DNA of 63,941 nucleotides, the filler included, from Reticulomyxa filosa (taxonomy: Eukaryota; Protista; Foraminifera), in the NCBI GenBank assembly GCA_000512085.1. It is 15 parts of 15 records of this genome, joined end to end, with 100 filler letters (N's around TTAATTAATTAA, not from the genome) between each part and the next. Parts side by side here need not be neighbours in the genome. Positions count along the whole stretch, not along the records: positions 37,162 to 52,269 come from ASPP01008141.1; 14 more parts are not named here. One strand, given 5' to 3'. The stretch's first letter is position 1. The number at the start of each line of letters is the position of its first letter. The notes below the pieces were generated by a model, which was not told where the DNA came from, searched no databases, and saw only the letters and a program-made list of their open reading frames with translations. Positions 38,871 to 52,269 of this stretch are shown piece by piece. Made by a program: the position numbers and the translations under genes.

Positions 38871-40486
38871 TCAGTTTTTTTCTTTTTCTTCTTTTCTTTT
38901 TTTTTTTTCTTTGGGTTCTTCGGTCTCTTCAGTTTCTTCTGTTTCTTCATCATCCATTTCAGTTTTCTGAACCTTGACTTTCTTTGTCGGTGGGGCGTCC
39001 AAATCCATTTGCGAAGCGCTACGTTTCTTTGATGTCTTTGTTTCTGTCTGTTGTTGAAGATACGCGGTGGAAGGATCTGATTCTTGTTTGATAGCATATT
39101 CAGATTTGGAATAATCAGGATGGGCATCAGTCCACTCTTTTGGTGTGAGCTGATTGGGTTTGCCATGTTTGTCCAAGGTTCCGGTTTGGATCATTTTTTG
39201 CTTCTGTATAGCATGTGGTCCCAGGCCCCATTTTCTGGGATATTTATCACGGTCCATGATCACCCTTTTAATTTTGGCAACGACACCGTGATCAACACAG
39301 CCCATTTGGTTCGAGGTCATTTGAGCATTTGCCAAGCAAACAGCTTCTCCTTTGGTGGTGACCACGACAATTTCTTCTCCCATTTCAATGTTGCTATCAA
39401 AGCGAAGGAGACCCGGAATCATAATCTTTCCACCATAGCAAATGGCATTGACACTCGAATCTTTGACAATAATTCGTTTATAATGAGTCAGCAGCACCTC
39501 CAAAGGCATAACCACACGACGTAAATACGATTCGTCGCCATGAGTACGATACAACCAGGCTGCATCGAGCACGTCATGCATGGTTACCATGTTGTCTCGC
39601 TCACCCAAGTGTCCGGATCGCACACGTCGCAGCTCTTGCATATGTGCGCCTACCCCACACAACATACCGACGTGGATACAAAGTGTACGTATGTAGGTGC
39701 CTGCTTGACACGATATGTGGACTACTGCCAAGCCTCTCTCCTCATTGTATTCCAGCAATTTGCACCAATGAATCGTTCGCACTCGCAAACGTCGAGCCAC
39801 TGCACTCAATATAGGTGGTCTTTGGTAAATTGGCCCTTGCAACTTACGCAATGCCTTCAGCAATTGATCTCTCTCCACTTTTCCGTGCAATCGGATTATA
39901 CCCACGTACTCTTTTCCTGCATTTTGTTGCGACTTCACCAATCGTGTTCCGCGATCAATCGTCACAAGCAAATTCCCTGACACTTGTGGGTCCAATGTCC
40001 CCGAATGACCTGTTTTCTCCACTTGCAACTCTTTCAGCGCATTTTTCACCCAGGTCACAACTTCGTGTGAAGATGGTCGTGGAGGTTTGTCCAAATTTAT
40101 TACACCGTATCTGTTTTTTGTTTCATTTTTATTTTGACTTATTTTTATTTCTTTTTTTTTTTTTTTGGGTGCGGAATATCGCGTTGCTTTTCTTACCTAA
40201 CACCCTTCCTTAAAAAATTATATTTGGTAAACTTTATGTTTTGTCTAGGACAACTAACTTGAGATATTCGTGAATTGGACGTTGCAATGGAGTACAACCG
40301 TCGGGGAGAGGTGTATAGTGATTACTTCTTTGATTCATTTTATCATAGCTCTATTTTTTATTTTTTTTTGAATTTTTGTACTGATTTGATAATTTTTTCC
40401 ACACTTACCTTAAGCAACAAAGGCCAATCCTCAGACGTAATCTTCGGTTGTTCCTTGGACGGGAGTATAACATGTTCCTCTGCCAT
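38871..40486 (-). CDS. DKC1: Dyskerin/CBF5 H/ACA pseudouridine synthase; exons 40486-40409, 40350-40259, 40110-38871
   Basis: [30 protein letters not shown] (catalytic Asp), [11 protein letters not shown] domain, YPRKWGLGP and a Lys/Glu-rich tail. Confidence 0.97.
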
Positions 40487-42091
40487 TATTTTTGCCCAAT
40501 TTGCTGCAAAATCGATAATTCAAGAACAAAAAACGGAATCTAATTTTGAACTTTATTAACCAAACAACCTTTTTTCGTTTTTAGTTGTCTACTGCAACCA
40601 AATTATTCTATCCTTGAAAAGAAAGCAAGCAGCGTTTTTTTCACAGAGTTGTCCAAATCAAAAGCATTTGACTCATTGATCTAATTGCATATATTTTTGG
40701 TGTACTGCTTAACTTCGACGTTGATTAATGAAACATCGACAATTAGCTAATTTTTATTCATTATTGTGATATTTACATAACATGATCTAATAGCTTTTAA
40801 TACCAAGCATATTGCAAAATATTGCAATAGCAGCTTTGTAAATAATGACATAACGCGAACGCGCAAATTAATAAAAAGATATTGTGTTTTCGAGATATAT
40901 AAAATAATTGATGTTACAAGTAGTGACAAAAGTCCTGACCACTAAAATGTCACATCATGAAGATGATCGATTTTCTAAGACAAAAATCACGTTTCTTCAA
41001 ATTTTTTAAAATCTTCATTATTGACATTGTCAATTTGTTTTAGCATAACTTCTTTTGTCGTGTATTGTACAGGATTTTTTTAGTTAAAAAGTTGTTAATT
41101 GGATGGCTTAGAAAAACAAAATTATTATTAGATCGGCAATATAAACTATGACATGATTATGAGCGGATCTTTTTCTGCGTCGACTGTAAATAAATAAAAA
41201 AAATCCTTCGTTAGCAATTGTGTTCTAATACATTGTGAAAATTCATATTGAACTGAATCCTATCGAAAAAGAAACATAGACTATGCTGAAATGTAGCTTT
41301 TTCGTTTCTCGTGGAACTTTGGCAAGTTTTAAACTTTTTCCATTGAAAAAACACAAAAAAATTTAAAAGTGCAACTAAACAAACACAACAGACCATATGT
41401 ATTGATATATCTAATAATCGATTGAATTGTCTTGACATGTATACGTGCTGTTGGAACGTCAACTTATTGTCAGTACACGCTCTACTGAAAAGTGAGTTTG
41501 CATATGTTGTGGTGCAACTATTGGTAGTTTTTTTTAATTGTATACCACCACTCACATTATGGACAAAATTTTTAAAAGAGAAAGTATCAGTGATCTATCG
41601 TAAGTGATAATTAAATTAAACAGTTCTACATACACACTTATATTTCCAAAAAAAGTTTCAAGAAAAGTCATTATTGACATTGGAAGGTAATAGAGTCATA
41701 AAAGAAAAAGCAAATTTTGGTTAGTAGTGGCGAAGCTCCAAAGAAAGTGAAAAGTTATCACCAAAGACCAATGATCATAAGTATTGGCATGATGACCCAA
41801 AAAAGGTATAGAAACATAACAAGCGAATTAGATCGAAAAATGTGTTCGAAACTACGAAGATATAAATACGTAATTGCAAGTGTTATATCGTCTGGAAGAT
41901 AGTATGATGACAAAAATTAAACATATGATATATCGTAAGAAGCTGCAAGTTTGAAACTTAACAAAGATGATATATAAAGAAATTGTGATTTGTTCATCAA
42001 AGAGTATAACGCAAACTACAAGTTCTTTATCGTTTTAAGAGTATAGTGTTATGAAAATGTATTTATAAACATATATGTAAATATATAAATA

Positions 42092-43460
42092 CAGTATAAT
42101 GCGAATGAAAGTTGAAACATAAAACATCATATTATATAGATAATTGATTTTCTACATGAAAAAACAACATATATACATAATCTTTTTTTATTTTAAAAAA
42201 TATATACGAGTATTGTAGTTTTTAAATATAGTTTTGAATTTACGTAGGATAAAAAAGAAGTTGAAACATAAAATGACACATTATATAGATTATTGTGTTT
42301 CTCATCGTAGTCGTGAAATTTGACAATATTTTTTTAAACAATTTTTGACATTTTCCTTTTTTTTTAGATGTTCGATATTGATTTTTATCATTTTGATTAT
42401 TTTGTTGCATAAATATTAATTGACAACTATTATATGAAAATTCCATAACAATAAGAACAAAATTTGTTGGTTGAAGCATTTTAGTCTGGTCATGTTTTGT
42501 AGCATTAAGAATATATTACACTTATATGGAGTAAATACTGATATATATAACGAATTTTTATCTGACGAAATATAAAGAGCGTCAATTGCTGCTTAGAAAA
42601 TAAAGAGAATTGGATTTTCCAGCAAGAAAATCCAACATGCTATAAATCGGAAAAATTATGAAATGGCTAAAACAAAAAAAATGAAACCAATGAATTTTCC
42701 TCCAAATTCAGTTCCAATTGAAAATCTTTGGTGGATAGTAAAGACAATGATTCACAAAAAAGGTGTAAACTTTCTTTTTATCATAATGTAGTTTTTTATT
42801 AAATATTTACTAAATTTGAATATTTATTGATTTTTGAAAATTTTCGATAAAAAATTAACAATGAATATGTCGAACAATGAAATTTGCCAACTTTTTTTAA
42901 GCATTTTCAGAAAGTGTTAGATACGTAGATATTTTTTGCCATTATACGTTGAGCAGTTTTTGAGAAAACGAAATTTTTTGTTATTAAAAATTTTTTTTTG
43001 CAGAATTTAATGTTATTTTCAAAGTTGCATGATAGTTTTTGACTATTATTTGCTTTGTCTAACTCATCATTAGTTTTTTTGCCTTTTTTTTGTCCAATGT
43101 AATAAGTCAAGTAATTCAAAAGCTTAAGAACTGAAAATTTTTTTTTTAGTAAGATTTTTTTTAGTGAAAATTATTATTCAATTCACTTTTTGCACTGTAT
43201 TCACTCTGACATTGACTTTATTAAGTTTGTGAATGTTTATTGTCAAGTTTTTATATTTTAATTCAAATTATTTTCAAAGTCCTTCTTTTAATCTGTACTG
43301 TCAGTTTTTTATATTTTTGTTTTCAATATCAATTAAACATTTTTGATTGTGTTCATGTCTGAAGAATTTGGAGTGAAATCAAACACTTTGATATAGTTTT
43401 GTTAAAACTATTCTTTTACTATAATTGCTTTGTAGCTGGTAGTATTATCTTGCTGAAATA
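42092..43460 (+). mobile_element. Decayed Tc1/mariner DNA transposon with TIR and transposase relic
   Basis: TA|CAGTATAATGCG TIR at 42092. Plus-strand TKFVG*SILVWSCF (42457), WIFQQEN (42611) and FPPNS..PIENLWWIVK (about 42695-42743) correspond to the Tc1 motifs GGGSVMVWGCF, FQQDN and WPxxSPDLNPIENLW. 42790-43460 is homologous to 59260-59850. Confidence 0.85.
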
Positions 43461-44235
43461 AACACAAGTAATAGTTTTGCATTTAATTACATATAATTTT
43501 TGTGCATGTACTGTAATCGGATTTGACTCGCAAGCATTGCAAGTTGATGCAGTAGCAACACATGCCAACGAAAGAAAATTGAGCAGTGGAAAGGCAAATC
43601 GCGAAAAAAAGCAAAGATAAAGAGTCGATTGAATAAAGAACTGACACGAACAGTAGCAAAAAATAAACAAAAGACTGATTAGACTATGGAATAAAAAGAG
43701 AATTTGTAAACAAGATAACAAAATTTTTCTTTTGTACATACTAATAAAAAATCTCAAATTAATTGCAACTACCACAGTTTTGTCTTTGATTAATTTCTTA
43801 CCTCTTCGTGAATGCGCAACCCTAAAAAAAAAATTAAGTCTTTTTAAAGAAATAATACTGAATGTGAAAAATCATTAAATGGAGATTAGTTCCCTTTTCT
43901 ACACAAATTATTGAATGAAGTAAATTCTGTTTTCATAGTCTAATTTGAACAATTTTTTTTTTTAGAACAGCCCACTTGATACCTTTTTCAAAAGCGTCCC
44001 CGTAACTTTAGGAAATTTGAATTAAATAATGTGGACCAAATTCTATATGCAAATTTAGAGCTATTCATAAAAGTTGCTCACATTGCAATTATTTCTTCAT
44101 TAGAGCAATATGATCACAAAAGCATAAAAAATTTAAAAATTAGTCAATTAAGAAATAAAAATTGACAATGTTGCATATGCCTTTTCATTTTGCGAATATT
44201 GTATTAATTCAAAAAAAAACTTCATTCATATATGT

Positions 44236-45633
44236 TCATCCCCAAACATGAATTAGACCATAGTACGAACCATAAAATAAATTAACACTACAATCATCAT
44301 TTGATGTGTGTTCATTGTTATTTACTTTCTTTTTCAATGATACAAATTTAATACTTGTTATTGCAAGGTCTTCTTTATTTCCTTTGATCACATACAATTC
44401 ATTCTTATTTGATCGAATATCCCAAAAACGAATTGTATTATCCCATGATCCTGAACATATCACATTTGAATAACCACTAGCAATTTCAATGCTATTATTT
44501 GTTACAAATGGCGAATATGCAACAGCCATCACAGCAGTTTTATGTCCATTGAAAATTTGAATTTGTTGACAAGATCGAATATCCCACAAACGAATACTTT
44601 TATCTCCTGATCCAGATAATATTGTGTTTGCACAGCCAATATTCCTTAGTTCACTTGATCCATATTTTACACTTTTCACTTCATCGACATGCCCCTTGAA
44701 TATAATCAATTGTTTAGTTGTTTCAATATCCCATATGCGAATAGTTTTATCATTTGATCCAGAACAAATTGTATATCCATTACCACCAATCACACCAATA
44801 TGATTCATTTTATTATCATTACTATTGTTATTGCTTTGCAATGGTGAAATATCCAAACATCTAACAGCATCCATATGTTCATCGAAAACATATAATGATT
44901 TAGATGTTTCAACATCCCATAAACGAATTGTTCTGTCACGTTCTCCAGAGCACAAATATCTACCACCATTAAATGATGAAAATTCAATACTAGAAATCCA
45001 ACCTGTGTGTTCCTTGAATACTTGCAATTGTTGATTATGTTTAAAATCCCAAAAACGAATTGTTTTGTCATATGATGAAGAACAAATCACATTTTGACGA
45101 TGATTATGGTAATGATATGGTGAAAATTTCGCACAATACACAGGGCCTGAATGTCCATTGAATAATTGAATTTGCTTGCTACTTTCAATATCCCATACAC
45201 GAATTGTTTTATCCTCTGATCCGGAACAAATGAATTGACAGTCACCAAATGTTGAATAATCAATACTCTTTACATGATCTGTATGTCCAGCGAATATTTT
45301 GAGTGATTTGGCTGCTGAGGAAAAATTATCAAGTATGAAAACAATATCTGTCTATATTAATTATGATTGTGAATAATACAATGAAAAACGCGTTAAAAAA
45401 AAACATAACATAATTGACAATGAATTTGTCAAAGTCATGAATCCACCCTAATTTAATCTTTAATATTCGAATCCAATATTGAATAATTAACTGGATCTCT
45501 TCTTCTTTCGACTTTTTCAATCACAAAACAAATACAATAAAAACATAAGACAGCTAACTTTCTGAAAACTTGAAATATAGCTTACAAATGCTAGCTGTGT
45601 CGAAACTTGTTTTTCATTGCCAAGAGTTGCCAT
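44236..45633 (-). CDS. Intact WD40-repeat family protein; exons 45633-45586, 45511-45410, 45351-44236
   Basis: All three exons splice in frame. Exon 2 is SKEEEIQLIIQYWIRILKIKLGWIHDFDKFIVNY. About seven GH...WD repeats follow. Confidence 0.9.
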
Positions 45634-46024
45634 CCTTTTGACTTTTTTGTTTTTTTGCTTGATGTTGTCTTGCTGATGTAAAATGGGAAATATTTAAACT
45701 TTTTTTTAGAACAACGAAGGGACTGCCAAAAAAATTTTATGAATAGAATTTGATAATACGTAATCGAACATCTCTTTGACATTTAATTGTAGTTAAAAAA
45801 AAATGATGATATTAATTTGTGTTACGATTTATGAAATGGTCCTATTTGGGATAGTACAAATAAATTGTTTTGATTGGTCAAATAAAGAGCTGTTATGCTA
45901 GCAAACAAGAATATCATTAGATGCTTGCAAATTTTTTAAAACGAAACAATGACAATGTCCAATCGGACAACACAATAAGGAAGAAAAAAAAAAAATTAAA
46001 GCGAATGGAAGAAAACAATTCTCT

Positions 46025-49000
46025 TCAAAAGTTTTGAGTTTCATAAGTCTCTAAACAGAATAAATCCAATATCCAACTAGCTTCATCAATATCAAACCAT
46101 CTTTGATACTCTTTCTTTTTGGCATTATCAATTCCCATAACATCGACAACTTTTTGAAAAAAAGGCATTGATCTCTGGAATTCATCGTTGTTACTCGAAC
46201 GATGGAGTTCTTTTTTAGCATCTTCGAAATGTATTCCTGGTCTTTCTGCAATTGTTTGTGCGCCGCTACAAAGAGATTGATGTGCAAGAGGAAAGATCAA
46301 GTTGTCTGATGTCAAATCGTGTACAGTCCTGTTTGGTAGAACTGCACAAAGTTGCACATCGCAACATTTTGTAGGAGATGATAGCAAATCATTCCAATAT
46401 TCAATTCCTGCTAATTGTTTAATCTTTAACCAACCAATCTTTACCGTTGTTTCCGTCGGCCATTTGGCAAGATGAGATCTCCAATTCTTTTTTTTTTTTA
46501 ACTAAATTTAATTTTTTTTTTTTTTTTGTTTAAAAAAAAAAAAAAAAAATTAAACTTAATCCATTGATATGCTTGCATTGACTCAAATCTAGTTGAATAG
46601 AGTTTGCAAATTGTTCGTTGCTATCTATCATCAACCACTCCAGAGTGGATGGAATTTTGAGCACTTCCTCTGGTGTATCATGTCCACTAATGTAACAAAA
46701 CGCCAACAAGTTTGGACAAGATAGTAGACAATGATTAAGAAATTTAATTTCGGAACAGTCATATCTTTCATAATATGGGAAATAAGAATAAGGTACTGGA
46801 AAAGATTCATTTTCATCAGAGCCATATGTTTCAACTGCTTCGATTGCTTGTTTCCAATTGCAATATGTACACGGCTGTTTCGACAATCCTTCGACTTTGA
46901 GAGTTTTCAATTGTGGCATCAACTCGTTCACATTAATGGAACTAAAACAGTTGCTGATTATGATGTCTTTCAGATTTAAATGCACCAAATTTGGGAGCAC
47001 TGGAAAAGCCATTATTTGATCAAATTCATGTGTCATTGTCAATGCCTGAATCGATTTGTGTGCTTTATTCAGCATTGCAACAAATAAATTATTGGTTCCT
47101 TTGCGTATTTCTATATAGATATGTACATAAATGTATTCTACTTTATTTCTTTTTAATTTCAAACAAACAAACAAACAAAAAAAAAAATAACTAGGTTCTC
47201 TTTCCAAAGCAAGTATCTTTTAAAAAATATTTCACCAAATTCATTTTTTTCAATTTCGTCATCCGCTTTCAAGAGATCAATAAGGTTCCATCCATTCCCA
47301 GTTTTGTTGTTTGACTCTTTTTCGTGCTCTTTCTCTTCCTGTTGTTCTTCATTCGTAAAATCAACGTATTCACCAAACACAATGTATTGCATAGCATTGC
47401 TAAGCGCTAATTGTCCTTCTTGACAAATATATGCAAATTCGTCCCCCAATTGAATGTCATACGCATTGTCATCATCACTATGATTATTAACATCATTGAC
47501 ATTATGATCACCATTATTATCATTATCATTATTATCATTATCATTATTATTATTATCACCGTCATTATCATTATCATCATTATCATTATCACTTGTAGAA
47601 TTGTTATTACAATCACTCGGACAAAAACAATTTGTTTTAATTGTGACCTGCTCTTCATTTATTTCTATTTCAAAACTTGTGAAACTGTTCTGGCCATACC
47701 GAAGACAGGCAGGAATCTCGTACAAAGACTCTAACCATTCTCGCAGGCACAAAATGTGGTCATAGAAATATTGCATTTGTGCAGTCGGACTGCCATATTT
47801 TTCTGGATAGCTTTCTGTTTCCATATTTGTTTCTATTCCCATTTTTGATTCTGTTTCTTCTGAAACATGTGCATTATTCAAATTAAGTATATACTTACAC
47901 AGGTCCTTTCCTAAGCCCTTCCAGTCCTTTACTATACATATGAATGAATCAAACTTCTATTTATTATTTTTTTTTTTTTTTTTTTGTTAACTGTTTTTTG
48001 CAAAGAAAAACGAAACCTTTTTGAAAAGGAGAGTATTCGCTCAAGTTATGGCAGTATAGAGCATTTCGTCTATCAAAGAACTCGTCCTTGATAGAAAAGA
48101 CTGTACGATTAGAAGCAGCATCGCAGAGACTTTTTGCACAAACCCAGCTAAGATTCTCTAAAGCAAAGGAGAAGTCGTCAATTATATCCATTTGATGATA
48201 TGATTTGCGTGATGGAGTCACCTTAAATGGTATGTCTTGAGATAAAAGCGAAGGATAACAAATACATCCATGGTTTGGTCCCTCATCATACTTATATCGA
48301 TCAAATTTCTCAAACTCACTCTTTCTATTACCAACCAATTTTTTCCAATCCGATACACGCCATCTCCAATCACTATGCGACAATTTGTCAAATACAGATC
48401 GATAACACGACACTGGTCTTTGATCAAAATACAAATACAATATTTTTAATTGGATTCCATCCACATGCCATTTGCGAATGCCGTGCCAAGAGAATTGGTT
48501 CAATCGATCCATATCATTCGCGTTGCCACCTAATTTGCTATCAACAATCCCAATCATTACCTGTCTTAATTTATGTTCAAACCATAATTTCCTTGGTTTC
48601 ATTCGATATTCGGGTTTGCTTCTTGTTTTTTCAAGTTTGGAAGTATCTGAAATTCTTTCTTTGAAATGAAAGAATTTCAACGTATACTTTATTTATTTTT
48701 GTATTTTGTATTTTTTATTTTGTTGGAGAAAAAGTATTTGGATTTTTTTATTTTACCTTTTTGAATAAGGCAGAGTTCGAACAAAATGTACGCCAAAATG
48801 ATTTAGACAGCAAAGGCCAATTTTCAAAAGAATTATGATTCAAAAAAGAAATTATATGTAATTGCACAGCCGTTGGCAAAATTTCATCTAAAGAACTTGT
48901 ACGCAAATATATGTTGTGCATTTTGTTTTGTACTGAAAGAAAATCGGCGCTGCTTTCGCTCTTCTGACATTTTTCTATTTCTACGTTCAGTTTATTTCTG

Positions 49001-49146
49001 AAAATTTCTTTTAGCTCTTCAAAATCGAATAGTACAACAAATTTTGCCAACTCTTTAATGCTTTGTGCTTTGTTTATTCGGTGCAATACTTGCTTGTACA
49101 CACGAAAAGCTCGTGTTTCTTTGAAATTTATAGGAAATATGCTCAT
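46025..49146 (-). CDS. F-box/LRR-like protein (multi-exon) with an Asn/Asp-rich insert
   Basis: SLDEILPTAVQLHIISFL...LLSKSF in exon 1 fits the F-box pattern. LPNLVHLNL, MPQLKTLKV, CPNLLAF and IPSTLEWL are LRR-like. ORFs 49146-48748, 48680-47964, 47881-47159, 47207-46530 and 46387-46025 are all on the minus strand. Confidence 0.6.
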
Positions 49147-49652
49147 CTTTTGTCCAGAGAACTTATCTAGAGAAATTTTTTTTTTAACTGAGGACAAAAC
49201 ACAACAAAAAAAAAGTTCGTAAACAAAAAATTTTTTTTTGTTCTTTAGATATTTTAATAATTGTTGAGTTTGATTTATCATTCAAGCCATTTGATGTTTT
49301 GGATACATCTGCGTAACAAAAAGAAAGAAAGTAAGCTTTTTTAAATTTTAAGCACTGCAGAGTGGGATCTAATACAACTTAAAGAACTTGATGCTCATTG
49401 GAAAATCCTCAAATATACTGAACTGTTTTTGCTTTCATTCTAAGATAACTAATTAGCAAAAGTAATTCATTTCATTCAAGATAAACATTTCAAAAATTTT
49501 CTTAATCCTTGAAAAAAGTAACGTTTTCTGGCTCTGAATGCTTACTTTAGGATCCATGAAAATAAGAAAACAGAAGCAGTTCGTTTAATTTTTTTTTTGT
49601 GTAGATAAAAATTATTATAATCAGAAATAAGAATTTGGTCATTGCTAATTTC

Positions 49653-50360
49653 TCAAGTCAGTTTTTTCGATTGAAAAAATTCTACATCAACTTGAGGAAC
49701 GTCACCGTAGTTACTTATTTGCTTTTGAACTGTTGGTCTTTTCAATTGGATACCTAGTTTGAATCTAATAGCTTGAACTTTGGCAATATGCCATGTTCCA
49801 ATAAGTCCAAAGATAATTTCAGCAACTACAAACAACAATTGAAGACACATGACAATTCGTTCTAAGTCCCAAAGGATTGAAGGGAGAACAAACAGCAGTA
49901 CGATAATCACTAATTGGGGAAATATGGTCAAAAAGCAAAAAGCGACCATGTGAGGGATCTAAATGAATTTTTAGTTTTTATAAGTCAAAGGTATTATAGA
50001 TTTAAAAAATTGTTGTTTTTTTTTTTTCGTACTTTTTCTGCTAAGTTTCCACGAAAACCTAGATACATTCGAACAACTTCCACTGCACTCCAAATAAAAA
50101 AAATTGCCAATGAGATGGAGTCATTTGCTGTTCTCTTTGATGTTTTTTGCTGAGAAGAAAAAGAAAACAAGACCAAACGTTTTGTTTCAGAGATTACTCG
50201 TTTGAACGCAGGAAAATGGTTTTTATTTAACTTTTAGACTATTGGATATAACAAGAATCAACCAAAATATTACGGAATATCTCCAATGAAAGTACAAAGT
50301 AATTTGCAAAGGCAGCGATGAAATAATTTCTTCACCAAACAGCTGATGTTCGTTGTCCAT
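49653..50360 (-). CDS. TMEM17: TMEM17-family ciliary transition-zone membrane protein (3 exons)
   Basis: SSLPLQITLYF...EVVRMYLGFRGNLAEK|IPHMVAF...FPQ...LER...AKVQAIRF matches the TMEM17/TMEM216 (Transmemb_17) family. Confidence 0.85.
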
Positions 50361-51189
50361 AGTGCAAGTAGTACAAAAACTCTTGCACCACTTTAAAAGA
50401 ATCCATAACACAACTTTGACGTCTTTGCTAAATGGAACCGACGTCACAGTTTTGATTGATGTACCAGTTTAGCATATGTTTGCTGTAGCTTCGTTTGTGT
50501 TAAGCATGTTAGATTGTATCTTGAAGCGAGGAAAAGATAAATTCTCTCTTTGCCATTGGTACAGAAATCTGATCAGAAAGTGCACAAAATAAAGTTGAAA
50601 AGTAATGTTACCAAGTATAATATAAAAAAGGGATAGTACGAGCGTTGTTTTGTGAAATCATTGAATCATTTCTTTGGGTGGTACACTTTATTTATTTATT
50701 TTTATGTGTGTATTTAATTAATAACTGAAATTTTGAAAACTTACAAACATTTTGTTTGCAACTATTGAAATATTTTTGACGCTTTTTCTTGAAAAATTAT
50801 ATCTGCTTATTTATTGCTCACTTTCATTTACAAAGATGAAATTGTAATATTGTTATTACGTGTGACAAACAATGTCTTATCAATTGTATATGCTCGATTC
50901 AATAAAAAACAAAAAAAGCAGTCCTTTGTGAAAACAACGTAGTCATAAAGATTTTTCATTGATTATCGGCAATTCTTTGTAAAATCATTTTTTTAATTGA
51001 ATAATCTACAAATTTGCAACTTAGCAATGGTAGCGCAAGCCAAATGACAAAATTAAAATTTGCAAATAGCACATATTATCAAGAAGATGCTATGATTGAG
51101 ACTGCACAAGGAAAAATGTTTGAATTATTTGATGCGGAAAAAAAATTGATTGTTAAATAACTGCAGAAAAAAAAGCAAGAAATTCACAA

Positions 51190-52220
51190 CTATTTTACAT
51201 TAGTCTTGGATACTGTTTCAATATCAGATTGGATTTGTCTGCTTTCTTCCAAAAAATTTTCAAAATCAAGCAAGGGTAAATAAAAAAGTATTTTTTTGGC
51301 ATTGGTGGTTTTGATCTCTTTAACATAATTTTTTAATTCTTTCCATCGAGCAAGAAGATATTTTTCGAATTTGCCTTGAACATTGCAAACATTGGCACCA
51401 TAACTATTGGTTTGCTTCCCAGTTTTAGGATTTTTCTTCTTTTCTTGTCCAATCATTGCAGTGGGGACATGTGACATCACTTGGCACATCTCTGCAAAAA
51501 ATATTGCCGGATCACCGTTTAGGTTTAGCTCAGCGACCACTTTTTGGCGTGCACTCGCAAAATCGACTTTGTCAGCGTTTTCCAGGCATTTTTTCATTTC
51601 ATGGAACGCTTCTAATTGAATCGACACTTGGACAAATCCAAGTAAAACAAAGCAATGTAAGTGCAGTGCATATGTCAACACAACACACTACACACACATA
51701 CATATATGTGTATATGTTATACAAGAAAACACAAACATTCAGCAGCATCATAAGGAATAAACTCGGCATTATTCGTGACTTCAATTTTTTTATTTTCTTT
51801 GAGCTGAGCAGTGGCCGGCAAGTCTTCGAGAACACTAAACGTGCCCACTTTTTCATACCAAGGTGGGATCGGGACATCCGGCTTCTTGCACTTACCAACA
51901 TTCGGCATGTTGATATCACACCTTGCAGTTGGCAAGGGATCCAAAAAGTCATGCGCACAGAATATGGCCTTCAGCAGGAAGCGAATCACGGACGACAGCA
52001 CATTGGTGACATTTTCTTGGAAGGGATAGTCACAAGCACCTGTCAGCATCTTGTCAAACTCGTCCAGCAAATGCATGCTGGCATTCAATCGCGTCGTGTT
52101 GAACAGATACTGTGTGTAGGATATGTGGCGCGCATTGCCATGGCAATGTTGTTTCTGCCATTCCACACAGTGCCTCAACGAAGTGACAAATGCATCAATG
52201 CATCGTTTGTGTCTATTCTT
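51190..52220 (-). CDS. 3' exons of an unknown protein
   Basis: ORFs 52178-51717 and 51681-51190 are separated by a TG/TA-rich intron. No family recognised. Confidence 0.55.
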
Positions 52221-52224
52221 TGGA

Positions 52225-52269
<45 letters not shown>

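Noticed and set aside
39084-40213. Three plus-strand ORFs over 130 aa
   Set aside because: Antisense shadows of dyskerin.
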